From: Myxococcaceae bacterium
Lineage (GTDB): Bacteria; Myxococcota_A; Polyangia; Polyangiales; Ga0077539
Assembly (NCBI GenBank): GCA_004297725.1
Contig: SCUS01000095.1
Coordinates: forward strand, 28,065-92,064
DNA: 64,000 nt
Reading direction: 5' to 3'
Below are positions 10,780-21,002 of this stretch, in pieces; position 1 is the stretch's first letter; the number at the start of each line of letters is the position of its first letter. The position numbers and the translations under genes were made by a program. The notes beneath the pieces were generated by a model. It made no database searches and had not been told where the DNA came from. It worked only from the letters and a program-made list of their open reading frames with translations.

Positions 10780-11631
10780 ATGAGCGAGTTCCAGTACTAC
10801 GAGTTCGTCGCGGTCGACCGGCGGCTCACCGAGGCGGACCAGGACGCCCTGCGCCGCATCTCCTCTCGCGCCGAGATCACGGCCACGTCGCTGACCAACT
10901 CGTACAGCTATGGCGACTTCAAGGGCGACCCCGACGACCTGATGGACCGCTACTTCGACGCGATGGTCTACGTGACCAACTGGGGCACGCGCACCGTCAG
11001 GCTGCGCGTCCCGCGGGCGACGGCCGACCTCCCGGCGATGCGGCGCTACGCCGTCGATCGCGTGATCGACGTGCGCGCGACGAAGGCCCACGTGGTCGTG
11101 ACGCTCTCCGTCGATGAAGAGGAGGGCGGGGGCTGGGTGAGCGAGGACGGCGACGGGTGGATGCAGAAGCTCCTCGGGCTGCGCAAGGAGCTGATGGCCG
11201 GCGATCACCGGCCGCTGTACCTCGGTTGGCTCGCGGCCACCCTCTGGGGCGACCTGGACGAGGACGATCGCGAGCCGGCGGTTCCGCCGGGGCTGCGGCG
11301 GCTCACGAAGGCGCAGGCCCACCTCGCGGACTTCCTGGCCCTGGACGACGACCTCGTCGAGGCGGCCGCGCAGGCGAGCCGGGGCGGCGCGGCGGCGGCG
11401 ACGCCGACGAAGGCCGCGCTGGCGAAGTGGGTCGCCTCGCTCCCCGCGAAGCAGAAGGACGCGTGGCTGGTGGCCGCGGCGCTGGACGACGGCGCGAACG
11501 TCGGCACGACGCTGCTGCAGGCGTACCGGAAGGCGCAGCCGAAGGCCGCGGCCGCGGGCCCGGCGAAGGTGAAGCGGCGGACCGTCGCCGAGCTGTTCGC
11601 GGCGTCGGGCCGCGGCACGACGGAGGGTTGA
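10780..11631 (+). CDS. conserved hypothetical protein (MSEFQYYEF... family)
   Basis: Clean ATG ORF with GGAGG-like RBS (gacgggaggctgatcgATG), good GC3 bias and non-junk composition. I cannot assign a function. Confidence 0.6.
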   Translation: MSEFQYYEFVAVDRRLTEADQDALRRISSRAEITATSLTNSYSYGDFKGDPDDLMDRYFDAMVYVTNWGTRTVRLRVPRATADLPAMRRYAVDRVIDVRATKAHVVVTLSVDEEEGGGWVSEDGDGWMQKLLGLRKELMAGDHRPLYLGWLAATLWGDLDEDDREPAVPPGLRRLTKAQAHLADFLALDDDLVEAAAQASRGGAAAATPTKAALAKWVASLPAKQKDAWLVAAALDDGANVGTTLLQAYRKAQPKAAAAGPAKVKRRTVAELFAASGRGTTEG

Positions 11632-11831
11632 GATGGAGTCGACCTGCGGCGTCAGCGGTTGTGCACGCTGAGCGAGCCGACGCCTTCGTAGCTGCCGTCG
11701 CGCACCGCGCGGGCGAGGCGCTCGCGCTCGTACCGGGGCAGCGCTCGCCGACGCCTCGCGCTCGTACTCCAAACTCCATCCCCCGCAACGCCCCGTTGAG
11801 CCCCTCCCCTGCTGTCTGCCATGATGCGCGG

Positions 11832-12458
11832 GTGACCGATCCCCTCGCCGGCCGGTGCGGCTCCTGCGCGCACTTCCACTCCGAGCGCTGGGACGCCGAG
11901 CGCAACGCGACCATGGGCGAGTGCGGCCACGGCACCTGGCCGAAGTACCGGCCGGAGACGGCGACGTGCCCCGACTACGTGGCCGAGGGGACGCTGCGCT
12001 TCGGTCTCGACCGCAACCGCATCCGGGCGTCGCGTCCTTCGACGACGCGCCCGTCGACGACAGTGACACCGACGCGGCGGCTGCCGGTCGAGATCGAGGT
12101 GGACATGGACGAGGCGACGTTTCGCGCGGTGCTCCGCGAGGTGCTGCGGGACGAGCTCGCGCTGGGGGACGTCCCCATCGCGGAGCGGTTTCGCGGCGGT
12201 GAGATGGTGTTGAAGCCCGGCAAGGAGGGCACCGCGGAGAAGCGGGTGCCGCTCGAGGCCTTCTTCCACAAGGTCGTGATGATGCGCGACAAGCTCCGGG
12301 TGCTGGAGCAGAAGATCAACGCCAACCCGAAGCTGACCGACGACGAGAAGGTCTCGCTCCAGCAGTACGTGACGGGATGCTACGGGACGCTCACGACGTT
12401 CAACGTGCTGTTCCGTGAAGAAGAAGATCGGTTTCGTGGCGGCGGTGGTGAGGGGTAG
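11832..12458 (+). CDS. hypothetical protein with N-terminal Cys/His zinc-ribbon-like segment
   Basis: In-frame GTG at 11832. Sequence CGSCAHFHSERW...GECGHGTWPKYRPETATCPDY is followed by a well-composed helical C-terminus (EAFFHKVVMMRDKLRVLEQKINANPKLTDDEK). The upstream 225 aa of the 11157..12458 ORF are junk. Confidence 0.6.
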   Translation: MTDPLAGRCGSCAHFHSERWDAERNATMGECGHGTWPKYRPETATCPDYVAEGTLRFGLDRNRIRASRPSTTRPSTTVTPTRRLPVEIEVDMDEATFRAVLREVLRDELALGDVPIAERFRGGEMVLKPGKEGTAEKRVPLEAFFHKVVMMRDKLRVLEQKINANPKLTDDEKVSLQQYVTGCYGTLTTFNVLFREEEDRFRGGGGEG

Positions 12459-13005
12459 TCGGGCGCTTGCGCTCGCCGGGTCGCTGCTCGTCGCGGGCTG
12501 CGCCCACCGCGCCGTCGCGCCCTCCCCGACCACGCCCGCGGCGCCCTCCTCCGCCGCGGTCGACCTTCGCGAGGTGACGCTCGCGGTCGACGCCGTGGGC
12601 GGCCGGCGCGTCGACCTCGCGGCGCTGCGCGGTCGCGCCATCGTGGTGGCCGCGCTCTCGACCAACGACCTCGGCGGCCACGCGCTCGCCCGCAACCTGG
12701 AGCGCCTCGCGGCGGCGCACGGCGACGACCTCGCGGTGCTGGTTCTGGCGACGGACGGCTACGACGCGCCCACGCTGCAGGTCGCGCTCGAGGTCTTCGC
12801 CGAGGTGGTGGGCCTGCACCACGCGGCCGTGGCGCCCCTCCCCGCGGAGGTGCGCGCGGGCTCCACGCCCTTCGGGGAGGTGGGCCTCGCGCCGCTGGTG
12901 TTCCTGGTGAACCGAGCGGGCCGCGTGGCGCGCCGGCTGGAGGGCTACCAGACGATGGCCGCCCTGCAGTCGCTCATCGCACCGGCGCTGCCGCCGGGCC
13001 ACTGA
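12415..13005 (+). CDS. thioredoxin-fold-like lipoprotein (no CxxC seen)
   Basis: MKKKIGFVAAVV...LLVAGC lipobox. The layout resembles TlpA/AhpC-like proteins (VDLAALRGRAIVVAALSTND...PLVFLVNRAGRV), but the redox cysteines are absent. The start is uncertain (GTG 12415, 12445 or 12448). Confidence 0.5.
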   Translation: MKKKIGFVAAVVRGSRALALAGSLLVAGCAHRAVAPSPTTPAAPSSAAVDLREVTLAVDAVGGRRVDLAALRGRAIVVAALSTNDLGGHALARNLERLAAAHGDDLAVLVLATDGYDAPTLQVALEVFAEVVGLHHAAVAPLPAEVRAGSTPFGEVGLAPLVFLVNRAGRVARRLEGYQTMAALQSLIAPALPPGH

Positions 13006-14968
13006 CCCCATCGACGCAGCGCTCCCGATCGAGCGCGAAGACGGTGATCCCCTCCTCGCGGAAGGCCACCGTCGCCGCGCGCCGCATGAGCCGCAGCGTC
13101 TCCCTCATGTCCGCGACGATGTCCTCGTCCTGGTAAGCCTCCACCGCGGTCGGCGGGGTGCGCTGGTACATCGTGGTGTTGATGAGCACGTGGGTGACGC
13201 CGCGCCCTCGGAGCCACGCGCAGAGCCGTCCCTGCACCCGCGCGTCGTGGAGCTCGGCCCAGCTCGGCGCCCCCTGGTTGACGTGGAAGAAGACGTGATC
13301 GACCCCGCGCAGGTGCCACGCCCGGCTCTCGAAGAGGCTGAGCACCCGCGCGCCCCGGGGGAGGTTCTGGCGTAGCGCGTCGCCGATGCGCTCGGCGGCT
13401 TCGAGGCGCTCGACCCTCGACGGGGCGACGGGCCCGAGGGCCACGCGCAGCACCGGTCCGAGCGACGGGGAGAACACGCTCGCGGTGAGCGCGAGAGCGA
13501 CGAGGGCGACGGCCCACGGGGCGAAGCGAGCGCGGGGCGTGGCGTCGCGGAGGAGGTCGTCGACGGCGAGCGCGCCCCCGAAGGCGAGCACCGGCCCGAG
13601 CGGCAGCAGGTAGCGCGCCTCCTGCACGGTGACGAACCACCCGACGAGGTAGAGCGCCGCCGCGAGCCCGAGGCCCCGGCGCATCGGCGAGGCGGGAGCG
13701 ATCGCGAGGGCGAGCGCCCCGACGAGGTGGAGCGGCCCGACCAGGTAGCCGAAGCCGCCGGTGTAGTGACCGGGCAGCGAGCGCAGGGTGACGTTGACGG
13801 GCGCGAGCAGCAGCGAGAGGGCGCCGCGGCCCATGCCGATGTCGTGGTTGAAGCGAAACATCTGCCGCAGGAAGAGCGGGTGGAAGGCCCCTGCGGCGAC
13901 GGGGTTTCCGGTGGCGAGGGTGTTGCGCACGAACCACGGGAGCAGCATGAGCGCGACGCCCGCGGCGAGGGCGAGCGCGAGGTCGCGCCGACGGGGGAGC
14001 GGCATCGCGGGCTGCAGCATCCACGCGGCGCCGAGGGCGGCGGGGAGCAGGAGGCCGGGGTAGCGGGTCGAGGCGCAGGCTCCAGTGAAGAGGGCGGCGC
14101 GGACCAGCGGCGCGCGGTCTGTGTCGGCGCGAGCGGCGAGGAGGGCTTCGAGGGTGGCGGTGCCGAAGAGCAGCAGGGAGAGGTCGCTGTAGGCGACCGT
14201 GGTCTCCCAGAGGAAGGTCGGGTCGGCGGCGACGGCGAGCGCGGCGAGGGGCCACGCGCGGGGGGCGTGAGCGCGCGCGAGGTCGGCGAGGAGCAGCAGC
14301 GAGAGGGCGCCGCACTCCAGGTGCAGCAGCTTGGCGATGGCGGGCCCGTGCAGCGCGAGCCCGGCCGCGTAGAGCATCTCGGTGAGCAGCGGGAAGGAGG
14401 TGTAGACCGACGAGCGATCGAGCCCGACGCGCCCGGTGCGCAGGAACCACTCGGGCAGCGCGAGGTGATAGGTGAGCGCGTCCCATCCGTAGCGGGGGAC
14501 GAAGGCGTGGAGGGCCGGGAGCGCCAGCAGCGCGAGCACCCCCGCGAGGAGCGCGACGGTGGCCCTCGGGGGCGGCCGACCCGCGAGCTGTCGCAGCGAG
14601 AGGCGAAGCGAGGGGAGCCCTGCGAGCGCGGCGACGGTCACCACGCCGAGCACCGCGGGCGCGCGGAAGAGCCCCGCCACGCCGAGCGCCGCGAGGGCGG
14701 TGCCGAGGAGGGCGAAGCCCGCGGCGATGCGGAGCACCACGCGACGGAGGCGGCCTCCGGTGGAGAGCTGCCGGGCGAGCGGCGCCGAGGCTCCGACCGC
14801 GGCCATGTTGAGGACCGCGAGGGCCGCGAGCGCGCGCAGCAGCTCGATGAGCTTGTCCGGCCTGGGCATCGCCGGCTGGGGGATCACCGGCCACTGGCCA
14901 TGGCGCACGCCCCACGCGCCGACGATCAGCATCGCGACGATCAGCAGGGCTGCGCGGCGCAGTGGCAT
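12974..14968 (-). CDS. polytopic inner-membrane protein, GT-C/ArnT-PMT-like glycosyltransferase candidate with soluble C-terminal domain
   Basis: 664 aa with at least 10 hydrophobic helices in the first ~480 aa, then a soluble tail. The 656-aa ORF one frame over (12945..14915) is Arg-rich junk. Confidence 0.65.
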   Translation of the reverse strand: MPLRRAALLIVAMLIVGAWGVRHGQWPVIPQPAMPRPDKLIELLRALAALAVLNMAAVGASAPLARQLSTGGRLRRVVLRIAAGFALLGTALAALGVAGLFRAPAVLGVVTVAALAGLPSLRLSLRQLAGRPPPRATVALLAGVLALLALPALHAFVPRYGWDALTYHLALPEWFLRTGRVGLDRSSVYTSFPLLTEMLYAAGLALHGPAIAKLLHLECGALSLLLLADLARAHAPRAWPLAALAVAADPTFLWETTVAYSDLSLLLFGTATLEALLAARADTDRAPLVRAALFTGACASTRYPGLLLPAALGAAWMLQPAMPLPRRRDLALALAAGVALMLLPWFVRNTLATGNPVAAGAFHPLFLRQMFRFNHDIGMGRGALSLLLAPVNVTLRSLPGHYTGGFGYLVGPLHLVGALALAIAPASPMRRGLGLAAALYLVGWFVTVQEARYLLPLGPVLAFGGALAVDDLLRDATPRARFAPWAVALVALALTASVFSPSLGPVLRVALGPVAPSRVERLEAAERIGDALRQNLPRGARVLSLFESRAWHLRGVDHVFFHVNQGAPSWAELHDARVQGRLCAWLRGRGVTHVLINTTMYQRTPPTAVEAYQDEDIVADMRETLRLMRRAATVAFREEGITVFALDRERCVDGVSGPAAAPVR

Positions 14969-14989
14969 CTCAGGGGTGTGAAGGGAGGG

Positions 14990-15040
14990 GGAGAAAAGCA
15001 GAAAGCCGACCCTACCGTGAGGCAGGATCGGCTTTCTTTC
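14990..15040 (-). terminator. rho-independent terminator downstream of tRNA-Gly
   Basis: Stem agaaagccgaccctacc (15000-15016) pairs with ggcaggatcggctttct (15021-15037) around loop gtga, with one mismatch. On the minus strand a U-rich tract (UGCUUUUCUCC) follows. Confidence 0.6.
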
Positions 15041-15116
<76 letters not shown>

Positions 15117-15198
15117 GTCACCGAAGGGAGCGCTTGTTTATCGAACGCCCCTCCGACTGTCAAACAAAAATCTTCAGGAAAAGTTCAGGGGCCCCGAT

Positions 15199-16770
15199 TC
15201 ACTCGTAGCGGAGGCCTTCCACGGGGGTGAGCCGCGAAGCCCACCAGGCGGGGATGAACGACGCCACCGCCGCGATGAGCATGGCGACCGCGCCCGTCAG
15301 CACGAACTCCGCCGCGCTGGGCCGCACCGGAACATACCGGATCAGGTAGACCTGCGCGTCGAGGGGGAAGGGGTAGCGGGTGAGGATCCAGCAGTTGAGG
15401 GCGCCGAGGGCGAGGCCCACGCCGGTGCCGATGGCTCCGACCGCGAGGCCCTGCGCGAGGAAGATGCGCAGCACGGCGGAGTCGGGCGCGCCCATGGCCT
15501 TGAGGATGGCGATCTCGCGCTTGCGCTCGAGCACGACCATCACGAGCGTGGCGATCACGTTGAAGGCCGCGATCACGATGATGATCGTGATGACGAACGA
15601 CAGCGCGAGCTTCTGCAGGGCGAGCGCGGTGAAGAGGTTGTGGTTGAGCGACTCCCAGTCGAGCGTGTGGTAGGCGCCGCCGCCGAGGGACCGCTCGATG
15701 CGCCGGCCGATGGCGCGGGCGCGCTCGATGTTGCGCACCTTGACCTCGACGCCGGTGACCGCGTCGCCCTGGTCGAAGAAGCGCTGGGCCTGCCAGAGGT
15801 CGACGTAGACGAGGCGCGAGTCGTACTCGTCGAAGCCGGCGTCGAAGATGCCCACGACGCGGAAGTCGCGCGCCCTGGGGGTGGCCCCCTGGCGCACCAG
15901 CGCGGCGTCGGCGCCGGTGAGCGGAGAGATGATGCGCACCTGGTCGTTGAGGCCGAGGGAGAGCGTGCGCGAGAGCGTGCGGCCGATGATGACGCCGGGG
16001 AGCTGGGCCTCCGGGCGGCGGCCCTGGGTCTCGGCCTCGCGGGAGACCTCCCTCGCGAAGGCGTCGAGGGGATCGCTCGCGACGGGGTCGTCGGGCGGCA
16101 GGACGTAGTCCGGGGTGGCGCCGGGCTCGAGGCGATCGACCGGCGCGGCGGGCTCCGGCGCAGGGGCCGCGGGCTCCGCGGGGGCCGGCGCGCGGGGGAT
16201 GAGCAGCGGGTCGGTGAGCGGGTCGGGCAGCACCGGGGGCGCGAGCGGGCGCTCGATCTCGCGGCGGCCGCGGGCGATGTAGTCGTCGAGGGTGGCGTCG
16301 CGGCGGGCGCTGGGGAGCTCGTCCACCGGGCCCGGCGGCTGCGAGGTGGCGGGGCGGAGGCCGTCGAGCGAGCCCTCGACGAGGTAGGTCGGGAGGTCGA
16401 GCACCTGGCCCAGGAGGGTCGGGTCGACGCCCTTCACCAGCACCCCGGCGATGCGCTCGCCGCGGGTGATCATCATCGGGTTGATGAGGAAGGGCGCCGC
16501 GCCGGTGACGCCCGGGGTGGCGCGCACCGAGGCCATCACCTCGCGGTACTCGGAGAAGTCCCAGCCGTACTTCAGCACCAGCACGTGGGCGTTGACGCCC
16601 AGCACCTTGCTGCGAAACGACTCCTGGAACCCCGAGGTGATCGCGAGGGTGACGGACAGCGCCCAGACGCCGAGGGCGATGCCCACGACGGCGATGACCC
16701 CGATGATGGAGACGAAGGCGCGGCGGCGCGCCCGGAGGTAGCGACCCGCGATCTGGAGGGCGAAGTCCAC
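15199..16770 (-). CDS. LolC/LolE-family (FtsX/MacB-type) lipoprotein-release ABC permease
   Basis: VDFALQIAGRYLRARRRAFVSIIGVIAVVGIALGV is the typical LolC/E N-terminus. The C-terminal FtsX domain shows REIAILKAMGA...LTPVEGLRYE. I prefer GTG at 16770; the track start at 16806 is a TTG. The periplasmic domain carries a ~110-aa Pro/Ala-rich insertion. Confidence 0.8.
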   Translation of the reverse strand: MDFALQIAGRYLRARRRAFVSIIGVIAVVGIALGVWALSVTLAITSGFQESFRSKVLGVNAHVLVLKYGWDFSEYREVMASVRATPGVTGAAPFLINPMMITRGERIAGVLVKGVDPTLLGQVLDLPTYLVEGSLDGLRPATSQPPGPVDELPSARRDATLDDYIARGRREIERPLAPPVLPDPLTDPLLIPRAPAPAEPAAPAPEPAAPVDRLEPGATPDYVLPPDDPVASDPLDAFAREVSREAETQGRRPEAQLPGVIIGRTLSRTLSLGLNDQVRIISPLTGADAALVRQGATPRARDFRVVGIFDAGFDEYDSRLVYVDLWQAQRFFDQGDAVTGVEVKVRNIERARAIGRRIERSLGGGAYHTLDWESLNHNLFTALALQKLALSFVITIIIVIAAFNVIATLVMVVLERKREIAILKAMGAPDSAVLRIFLAQGLAVGAIGTGVGLALGALNCWILTRYPFPLDAQVYLIRYVPVRPSAAEFVLTGAVAMLIAAVASFIPAWWASRLTPVEGLRYE

Positions 16771-16889
16771 CGGGCGCTCTGTACTCCGGGTGTCCGTGGG
16801 TGCCAACTGTCCGCGGCGCTCCGTGGCGGGCGTCAGGCGGTATCCGCGTCGCCGTGGTGATTCCTCACCGCGGACGGTAGAGTGCGCCC

Positions 16890-18503
16890 GTGTCCCGCTT
16901 GCTTGCCGTTGTCATGGCGGCCCTTGTTGCGTGCTCGAACGAAGGTCGCCCCTCCCCCTCCCCCGACGCGGGCCCCGCGAGCGATCGCCCGGTGGCGCGC
17001 TGCTCGGTGCGCTTCGACGGCGGCCCGGCCATCCTGCTGCGCACCAGCGAGCGTCGCCGGCTGCGCATCGTGCTCGATCCGCCGACGCCGGGCGTCGGGC
17101 TGCGCGTGGGCGTGGTGGGCGTCGGCCTCGACGCGTCCCTGACCGACACCCGGGCGCTCACCGGCGAAGACGGCTCCGCGGAGACCGAGCTCATCGCCCC
17201 GACCGACAGCGCCACCTTCCGGGTGCGCGCCACGGCGGAGTGCGGCGCCGAGGCCTCCGTCGAGGTCGCGGTGGGCGACCGGGGCTTCGGCTCCATCGCC
17301 GCCGACGCCGTCTACCGGGGCTCCCGCACGCCCGAGCGCCTGGAGCTCGACATCGTCTCCGGCAGCGAGTGCCCGACCATGGCCGGCGACCGCATGGGGC
17401 GCACGAGGGTCCCGCTGCCGGGCGGTCTGGTGCGCTTCGGATCGCTCCCGGCCGGCCTCACCTTCACCGTGTGGGCGCAGACGCTGGGGATCGACGACGT
17501 GGTGCTCGCCCAGGGCTGCGCGGCGCCGCAGACCATCCGCGCCGACGAGGAGTCCGCCACCTCGGTGCTCTTCGTCGACCGGCCGCTACGCCTCAGCGGC
17601 CAGTACGCCCTCGACCTCTCGCTCGACCTCACCACCACCACCACCAACCTCCGCGACCGATGGACCGCGCCGGTGCGTACCGAGCTGCTCGCCGCCGGAT
17701 CGACCGCGAGCTTCATCACCCGCGAGGTCTCCCGCGCGGTGGCCGAGGCCGGCGGCGCCACCGACGGAGGCTCCTCTCCCCTCCAGCTCGTCTTCGAGGC
17801 GGCGCTGCGCTCGGGCCTCGGCGCGCGCTTCGACGCCGAGCTCACCACCCGCGGCCTGCGGCTCGAAAATAGCTTCGACCAGATCGCGGCCACCACCGCC
17901 CGCGCCCTCGGCTCGGTCCACTGGCAGCTCACCTTCCCTGCGATGCCCAACGGCGACGCCGTGGCGCCCACCGGCTCGGAGGTCGTCCTCGACCCGGGCA
18001 CCCCCGACGTGAGCCGCGACGACGCCCGGCTGGCGCTCGGCCCCGAAGGCACCGTCGCGCTCTCCGTGGGGGCCGGCGACATCGCCACCGTCACCCTCTC
18101 CAACACCAGCCTCCCGTGGGCGCGCGTGGCCCGCGGCGCGCTGGGCGCGGTGACCGTCCGCCTGGGCGCCTCGACCACCGGCGAGTACGCCGCTGCGCCA
18201 CTCTGCCCCGTTGCGGCTGCGGTGCTGCGCGAGGCGAGCGGGGTCTGCGACGCGGAGTGCATCCAGGTCGCCTGCCGCCGGGCGGTCGACGCCCTCGCCC
18301 GGGCCTTCGACGACGAGGTCGCCAGCCAGTTGAGCACCCGCTCGACGACGACCTTCCGCATGGCCGCGGTGGCGACCCCGGTGGCCCACAGCCTGGTGGT
18401 CGACCATGCACGGGGGACCTTCGTGGGTCAGTGGACCACCGACCCGGCCGCCACGCTCAGCGGCCCGTGGACCCTCCAGCACCTGAGCCCGACGCAGCCC
18501 TAG
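16890..18503 (+). CDS. hypothetical lipoprotein
   Basis: GTG start, MSRLLAVVMAALVACS lipobox, coherent composition and GC3 bias. No recognisable domain. Confidence 0.55.
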   Translation: MSRLLAVVMAALVACSNEGRPSPSPDAGPASDRPVARCSVRFDGGPAILLRTSERRRLRIVLDPPTPGVGLRVGVVGVGLDASLTDTRALTGEDGSAETELIAPTDSATFRVRATAECGAEASVEVAVGDRGFGSIAADAVYRGSRTPERLELDIVSGSECPTMAGDRMGRTRVPLPGGLVRFGSLPAGLTFTVWAQTLGIDDVVLAQGCAAPQTIRADEESATSVLFVDRPLRLSGQYALDLSLDLTTTTTNLRDRWTAPVRTELLAAGSTASFITREVSRAVAEAGGATDGGSSPLQLVFEAALRSGLGARFDAELTTRGLRLENSFDQIAATTARALGSVHWQLTFPAMPNGDAVAPTGSEVVLDPGTPDVSRDDARLALGPEGTVALSVGAGDIATVTLSNTSLPWARVARGALGAVTVRLGASTTGEYAAAPLCPVAAAVLREASGVCDAECIQVACRRAVDALARAFDDEVASQLSTRSTTTFRMAAVATPVAHSLVVDHARGTFVGQWTTDPAATLSGPWTLQHLSPTQP

Positions 18504-18506
18504 GCG

Positions 18507-18947
18507 ATGGACGAGCCCTCCCTCGCGGCGCTCCGGCGGTCGAGCGAGGTGGAGCTCGAGCGCGCCCACCACGAGCTCGCCCGACGCCACGACGAACTCG
18601 CCGAGGCCCGCGCGGAGCTGGAGCGGAGCGAGCGCTCCAGGGAGGCCGTCACGCTCGAACGAGCCCGCTGGGAGGAGGGTCTCCGCGCCCTGGCCGGACA
18701 TACCCTGTCTGGCCTGGAACTCGCTGACCTCCGTCGTCGTGGAGAGGCGATCGAGGCCAGGTCGAGGGACACCGCGAGGCGTCACGGGGCCGCGCTGTCC
18801 TTGCTCGCGAAGGCCGACTCCCGCCTGGAGGAAGGGCGTCGAGCGGTGGGTGAGGCGCTCGCCCGCCAACGCTGGATCGAGGAGGAGTCACGCCGGGGCG
18901 ACCTCGCCCGAGAGCGTCAGGCGGCCCTCCGCGAGGACGAGGACTGA
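18507..18947 (+). CDS. hypothetical coiled-coil protein
   Basis: ATG lies 3 nt after the upstream stop (TAGGCGATG). The 146-aa protein is highly charged (E/R/A/L heptad-like). Confidence 0.45.
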   Translation: MDEPSLAALRRSSEVELERAHHELARRHDELAEARAELERSERSREAVTLERARWEEGLRALAGHTLSGLELADLRRRGEAIEARSRDTARRHGAALSLLAKADSRLEEGRRAVGEALARQRWIEEESRRGDLARERQAALREDED

Positions 18948-19500
18948 TCGCCCTGACATCCGTGTCGCGGTGAGCGGTTCTGCATGGCCATGCCAACGAC
19001 ACGGCGGGCAATCTCCTTGCCTGACTCATCCGACATTCGAACGCAACGAAGTTCTTGAGCAACAGGCCTTTACGGAGGCCCCTGGCAGCCCCACCTATGA
19101 GAAGCCCCCGCGGCCATGCGGGGCCTGAAAACCGTGGCCCGGCTTCTGCAAAAGGAGGTCAGGTTGAAATGATGATGGGAGAGGTCGGGAATAGGCCCCG
19201 GCTCCCATGCGTAGGGTGCGATGGGCTGCGGCGCCCCCTTGAAGGTCGCCAGCCAGCGAAGCACGAATCCAGAAGGTTGCAACCAATCGGTCGGCGCCTT
19301 CGTAGATCTAATACACCGGCAGCGCGTCTATCGCCCCGCCGTCGTTGAGTCGAAGCGTCTCAAAAAGCCGATTCACCAATGAGGTGATGTCTCCGGTCTC
19401 CCCTACCCGGAGCCGTTGCCTCATTGGAATGTCAACGCTTGATGCGCCCCTCAGAAGGCCCAGCGAGCATCGTAGGTAGGGCAACGAGTCGGAGGTCATC

Positions 19501-20907
<1,407 letters not shown>

Positions 20908-21002
20908 GCCCCCCCCCCTTCACTCCCGCCGCATCCCCGGTGGCTCCGATCGGCCCTCCGCCGATCCGGGGCCGCTGGCCTTTCGAGGCCCTCCAGAACC
21001 CC

